Positions 46,815 through 52,023 of a DNA stretch of 52,023 nucleotides are shown here, piece after piece. The position numbers and the translations under genes are program-made. How positions within the stretch are numbered: the first letter of the stretch is position 1; every line of letters begins with the position of its first letter. A model generated the notes under the pieces. It made no database searches, was not told where the DNA came from, and saw only the letters and a list, made by a program, of their open reading frames with translations. Origin of the DNA: Pseudogymnoascus verrucosus (lineage: Eukaryota). Location: NCBI GenBank assembly GCA_001662655.1, contig KV460267.1. One strand, 5' to 3'.

Positions 46815-49800
46815 GCTGTGGGCTGTGGGCTGTGGGCTGTAGGGCTGTAGGGCTGTAGGGCTGCAGTGGGTGCGTGTATGTGTGGATATGTGTGTGTCTG
46901 GGGAATACTGGCAACTTGAGAGTCGTCCACACAAACCATCCACACCCACACTCCACTCCCCTCCTCGATGCATTATCGATAACATGGCCATCGTATCGTC
47001 GCCATGGACACCACCACTCATCTTCACGTGCCCCCCTCCTTCTTTCCCTTCACGTGAACCAACCTCCTCCATTCACGTGAACAACCCCATCCTATTGCCA
47101 TGGACACCACTCTCACCTTACGCGTTCTCCATTGACGTGTCCCAACTATCTCTTCTCGTCTCGTAATCGTCGCTATGGACACCACTTTCTATTCACCCAC
47201 TCAGCTTCACGTGTCCCTCTCCTCCATCCCTCCTCACCTATTCACGTGCCCATCCATCCATCCATCCCATCCCCTCCTCTCCATTCCTCCCATTCCTCCC
47301 ATCCCAAGATCTTCATTCCACACACCCCTTCTCGTTCCCTTCACGTGCCCTCTCCTACCCTCCCGCCGCACCCTTCCCCTTCCCGCCCTCATGTGCAGCA
47401 TTCCCTTACATATGTGTGTCCCCGAGATTGAGATCTATCCATCTTGCTTACCCATCCCTATACTCCAGTATCCATTCATCCATCCATCTTATAATCTAGT
47501 ATTCTACCTCCTCGGCGATTTCACTGCATCCCACCATCCCAGCCAATCCCATCACCCAACACCATTCCGCCCTCTCCCTCTCCCATTCCGCGATTCCCAG
47601 CTACCCACTCCACTCCACTCACCTACCTCACTCCCAAGTACCCACTAACCTACCTCACTCCTCCCCCCCAGCCTCCCCTCCTCCTCCTCCTCCTCTCCCA
47701 CCCACTCATCCACTCCCAGCCTCCCAACCCAACCCCGCCCCACACCCCACCAGTCCCCACATACCACACCTACCTGTCTGTCCTATAGTCGCACCTACAT
47801 ACCTAAACCAAACCGCTCTCGTTGCTTACGCCTCTCACAGTCCGTTGCTTACACCTCTCACAGCCCTGCTCACAGCCGTCCTGGGAACTTCGCCTCGCAC
47901 AGCAGGGTGGTGGTTGGTTTTGTGGCACCCGCCCGAATCGAGTCATCCCATCTCGTCGGTGTCGGGGAGGGGGGGGGTATGGGGATTACACCTCTTTTTT
48001 TGGTATGTTGTTATGGGATTGTGGGAGGGTGGAAGGGAGAGGTGTGTGTGCATGTGCTGGTATCCTGTTGGAAGTGTGATGGATTGGTAGTAGGGACTGA
48101 CAAAAAAAAACCGACTGTCGGTGGTGTGGAGTGGATGGGAGACGGGTAGTGGACGATGGTAGGTGGTCTCGTGTGCATCGTGGGAGAGGCTGGAATGTGA
48201 GACTCTGGTGGTGGGTGGTGTGCGTGATGGATTCTCGCTTCTGGGACTGGATTATACCCACGTAGGAATTCGTGTGGTGAAGTGTGTGGTGAACTGGGCG
48301 GTGGCTGTGGTGGTTGTTGGGTGGTTGTTAGGTGGTTGTTGGGGAGAGGTGTGTCTCAGTTGCTGGTGGGGTGGGTGTGGGAGGGGTGACGTATCGCGTT
48401 TTTTTTTTTCGTGGTGGCCGTGTAAGTGTATATGTGTGTGTGTGTGTGTGGTGATGTGTGGGGATGTGAGGGTTATGTAACTATTGTGAGGTGATGGGTG
48501 GATGCCATCCGAGCTGTTGGGATTGGGAGGAGGGGTGGAGAGGGTGTGTGTGTACTGTATGTGGTATGTGTATGCGTGAGTGTGGGTGAGTGTGGGTGTG
48601 GTGGGGGAGAGAGGGGAGAAGAGGAAGGGGAATGGGGGTGAGAGGGAGGGGATAGAGGGGAACAGTAGAGAGATTACGATAGAGGGGGAGACAGATTAGA
48701 GATAGAGTGAGAGTGAGGGGTGAATGGATTGACTGTGCCATTATCATCATTGTATCATTCTATTATTGAAGTGCACAGCCCATCTCCATGCGTCTATTCT
48801 ACAGATTCAACAGATTCTATATGTAGTGCCTGTATCTCGTCTGCATCTTTCTACTGTAGTGCCTGTATCTCGTCCGCTTCTATCTCCTCCCCCTCCCGCT
48901 CCTTCCTCCTCGGATACCCACATTGTACCGCGTAACTCCCGTAAACCGCGTTACTGCCGCCCGATACACATACACATACACCCGTTAACCGTCAACCGTC
49001 TACCGTCTACCGTCTACCGTCTACCATCCATCTCCGTCTCCAAGTCCAACCCCAAGTCCAACCCCAAGTCCAACTCTCTTTGATCTATCTCCTCCTCGGT
49101 CGGTCCCTTTCCCTTCATTCCTTTCATCCTTCCCTTCCCTTCCCTTCCCTTCATTTCCCTCCCTGCTGCATTGCATTGCATTGCCTTTCACCCACTCCCC
49201 CGGGTTATCAAAGGCCCGATCACTCCCGACCACTACCGACCACCCACCCCGACCCGGCCGTTGTTGTCATTTCTCTTTCAACTCTCTTCTTCTTCCACGA
49301 TTCCCCGTACTCCCTCCCGCTTAACAATCGCACCATATTTCGAAAACAAAAGAAAACCCCTCCTCATTTCTCTTCTCCTACCTAACTTACACTCTCGGCC
49401 TTACTCGCCCCAGCTCTCTCCGAGGTACCGTACTATGATGGTACAGTACAGTTCTCCCCGCCACCTCTTCCAAGTGAAACACTCACACCTCGCCTGCGCA
49501 TCGATCGCAAACTTCAACCGAGACATTTCCCACACTCGTACAGTACACACACACACACAATTGTCCACGGAGATATTGTATTATTCTCGCACCACTTTCT
49601 CTCCCAACACTACTGAAGAAAACTAAACTAACCTCCCTCAATTGCCCACTAACAAAACTACTGAAAGTTGACGATTCACTCACATCCATACGGTCTTCTC
49701 TCCTCCGTTCCCCCACACACACACTACTACGCGCACACGCACACCATCGATTATCCCTCCCCTGTCCAGCGCGGTGATTGGCCAATCGGCAATCGACAAT

Positions 49801-52023
49801 GTTGATGGGCGATCAGCGATGGGGCGAGATCGGGAGTGGGGCGGGACAAGCGTCGATCGGTAGGGCGAGGTTCAGCTTGCATGGTTGCTTGGCTACTTGG
49901 ATTTTTGTTGTTTTCCCCCCTCCCTCGTCAAAGTCAAGGTTAAGTTGGTTTCTCTCCCGCCTTGTGCGTATGCAGGTGTATGTGCGTTATGTGTGTGTGT
50001 GCATGTATTGCATGTAGAGTATTGCGGGTATATAGTGTACAGTATGTATGCAGTATGCAATCGATGTTAACTGTCTGTTGTTGTTGTATGCATCTATGCA
50101 TCTATCATGATGCTTGGTATGTACCGGATGTAGGTACCCTACTCACAGAAACAGGACAGATCGTGTTGCTATTCGTGTACGCATGTATGCATACCACATC
50201 ATACCCCGATACAGGTTCTGGGCTACACACACGAGCGATGCACACACGCCGAGAAATACACACACACGCCGAGAATACACTGCTGTCATAGCACTGTAGT
50301 AGTTCAGTTCGTATGTGTTCTGTCAACCGCCACCATCAACGTCCGTGCCAAATCTATCAACCCACTCTACTAGCCCCATCATCACTTTCTCTGGAGACGA
50401 GCGACGGCCGACCTAGCCAGCCAGCCAGCCAGACAGCCACGGCAAGCACGGCCAGCTACGGTACGGGCAGGCAGGCCACTCGTATTCGTCGACGCGGCTG
50501 CGCGGCGAACCGCTACTTTACCGCTACTAACTAACAACTACTCTTACCGCCGTTGTCCGGTCGGTCGCTGCGGTCCTCTCCCTCTCCCTTTCCCTTCTTT
50601 CTCGCTCCTTCTGGCGGCTGGACTGGACGTCTCTTGTTTCTTTGTTTACCTATTTGGGGATGGTGGCGATGAGGGGGTGGTGCTAGTGGTGCTAGTAAGG
50701 CGATTGACTGGTAGTCTGGATCGGGTTTGGTGGGTATTTTGGTCGTGTGCGACTTGGGACGTGGGATGCGCAGTGGGATAGAATTAAATATGATATCCAG
50801 GCTGTTGGGACCTGTGTGTGTGTGTGTGTGTGTATTCTCATCTCACCAAGCGAAGCCGGCGGGTCATGCAGAGAGGGATGTGACGATGCAAGGACACATG
50901 CGATGGAAGTTGGAGATGTATATACAATATCGCCTTTGATCGCACTACCTCATCGCAATACAATACAATACAATACTTCTTCCATTAGACAGACAGGTAC
51001 ACTCCCATAACTCCCACAATTCCCACTAACGCTCTAACGCTCTCTCTCCCTTCCATACAGCTACCTGTATCCACTTCCTGTCTGTCTTCCCACTAACCCA
51101 CCAACCCACTACCCACTAACCCACTACTCTATCCACCCCACCTCACTCCAAATCCACTCCCCCACTCTTCTGCCCCTCCCCCTCCTTCCCTCCTTCCCCC
51201 CCCCCCCATGTCAATCAATCCTCCCATGCCCCATCCCCCATCCTCCACTCTTCTTTCCTGTACAGAACATCCAGAATGGGCTACAAAACTGTCGGCACTG
51301 GAATGTCGTCTTCCAATCTGTTTCTTCCAATTGTTGTCTACCTCTTGTCTTCCTCTTGTCTTCTCTTGTCTACCTCTTGTCTCCCAGCTCTGAGTCGTGA
51401 ATAATGCACGCGGCACCCTCGGTGAGACGTAACACTCTCCGCCGACCCAACTAAACTCGGTCTATCTCTCACTCACACACTCACACACTCTCTCACTCAC
51501 ACACACACANNNNNNNNNNNNNNNNNNNNNNNNNNNNNNACATACACATAACATAAACATATACATACATCATCGCTCACCGCCATCGCCATCATCATAG
51601 CTTCGGGGATACCTTCATCTTCTCGGCGTTCCTTCCTCATCCACCCCCCACCTCCACCACCACCCGTGTACACTAATAGACTCTCATCACACCCATAACA
51701 CACCCCATAACACACATCACGGCCGGAGCATATGCGTCCAGCACAAAGAGATCATCCCGACAATAGCTTGTCACTCCCTACTCAGCCTTCAGCATTCCTC
51801 ACTTCTCTCATCCTCCCGAATCCCATTTCGCCAATTTCATTGTTCTCAAACCTCCCACTCAACCAACTCGACCCGGCACGGGCTGTGTTATTTTGCTCTC
51901 TCCCGACAATCCGGATACTCTTCTTTCTTTCTATTTGCGTGCTTGACATCTCCATCCACCATCCACCCTCACACCCCCCCCACTCCACCAATCCCCGCCA
52001 TACCAACAACAGTTTTTTTTTTT
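46815..52023. repeat. Low-complexity, microsatellite-rich gene-poor region
   Basis: (GGGCTGT)n, (GT)n/(CA)n, (CCGTCTA)n, (CCCAAGTCCAAC)n and C-rich/G-rich tracts; no credible protein. Confidence 0.85.
51510..51539. other. Assembly gap
   Basis: Run of 30 N beside a (CA)n tract. Confidence 0.99.

Noticed and set aside
45600..52023. Many His/Pro/Thr- or Val/Cys/Gly-rich ORFs
   Set aside because: Translations of microsatellite and low-complexity DNA.

Overview
Genomic DNA from a filamentous ascomycete (spliceosomal GT-AG introns with CTRAC branch sites, Zn2Cys6 factor, RIP-type CpA>TpA damage). Bases 1-40 kb are a gene-dense, accessory-looking mosaic of small catabolic modules and broken genes: (i) a head-to-head CitE-like lyase / Ich-HTD2-like hydratase pair plus an MFS permease, resembling itaconate degradation; (ii) a compact GH7; (iii) a decayed UNC-93-like transporter / MurQ-like etherase pair; (iv) a secreted PI-PLC-like protein; (v) an intact five-gene cluster (2OG-Fe(II) dioxygenase, RidA, HpcH aldolase, MFS, C2H2 factor) with a flanking SDR, whose two divergent promoters share a repeated GGAGGAGY motif; (vi) a sugar porter / Zn2Cys6 / GH35 / GH93 block. 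Pirin, acyl-CoA synthetase, PDR ABC and Ser/Thr-rich genes are truncated or stop-ridden. After the housekeeping gene SDH5 (40.4-41.3 kb) the sequence is low-complexity and gene-poor, with degenerate repeats and an assembly gap. The best candidate for an undescribed system is cluster (v). All family calls come from motif recognition by eye; no searches were run.
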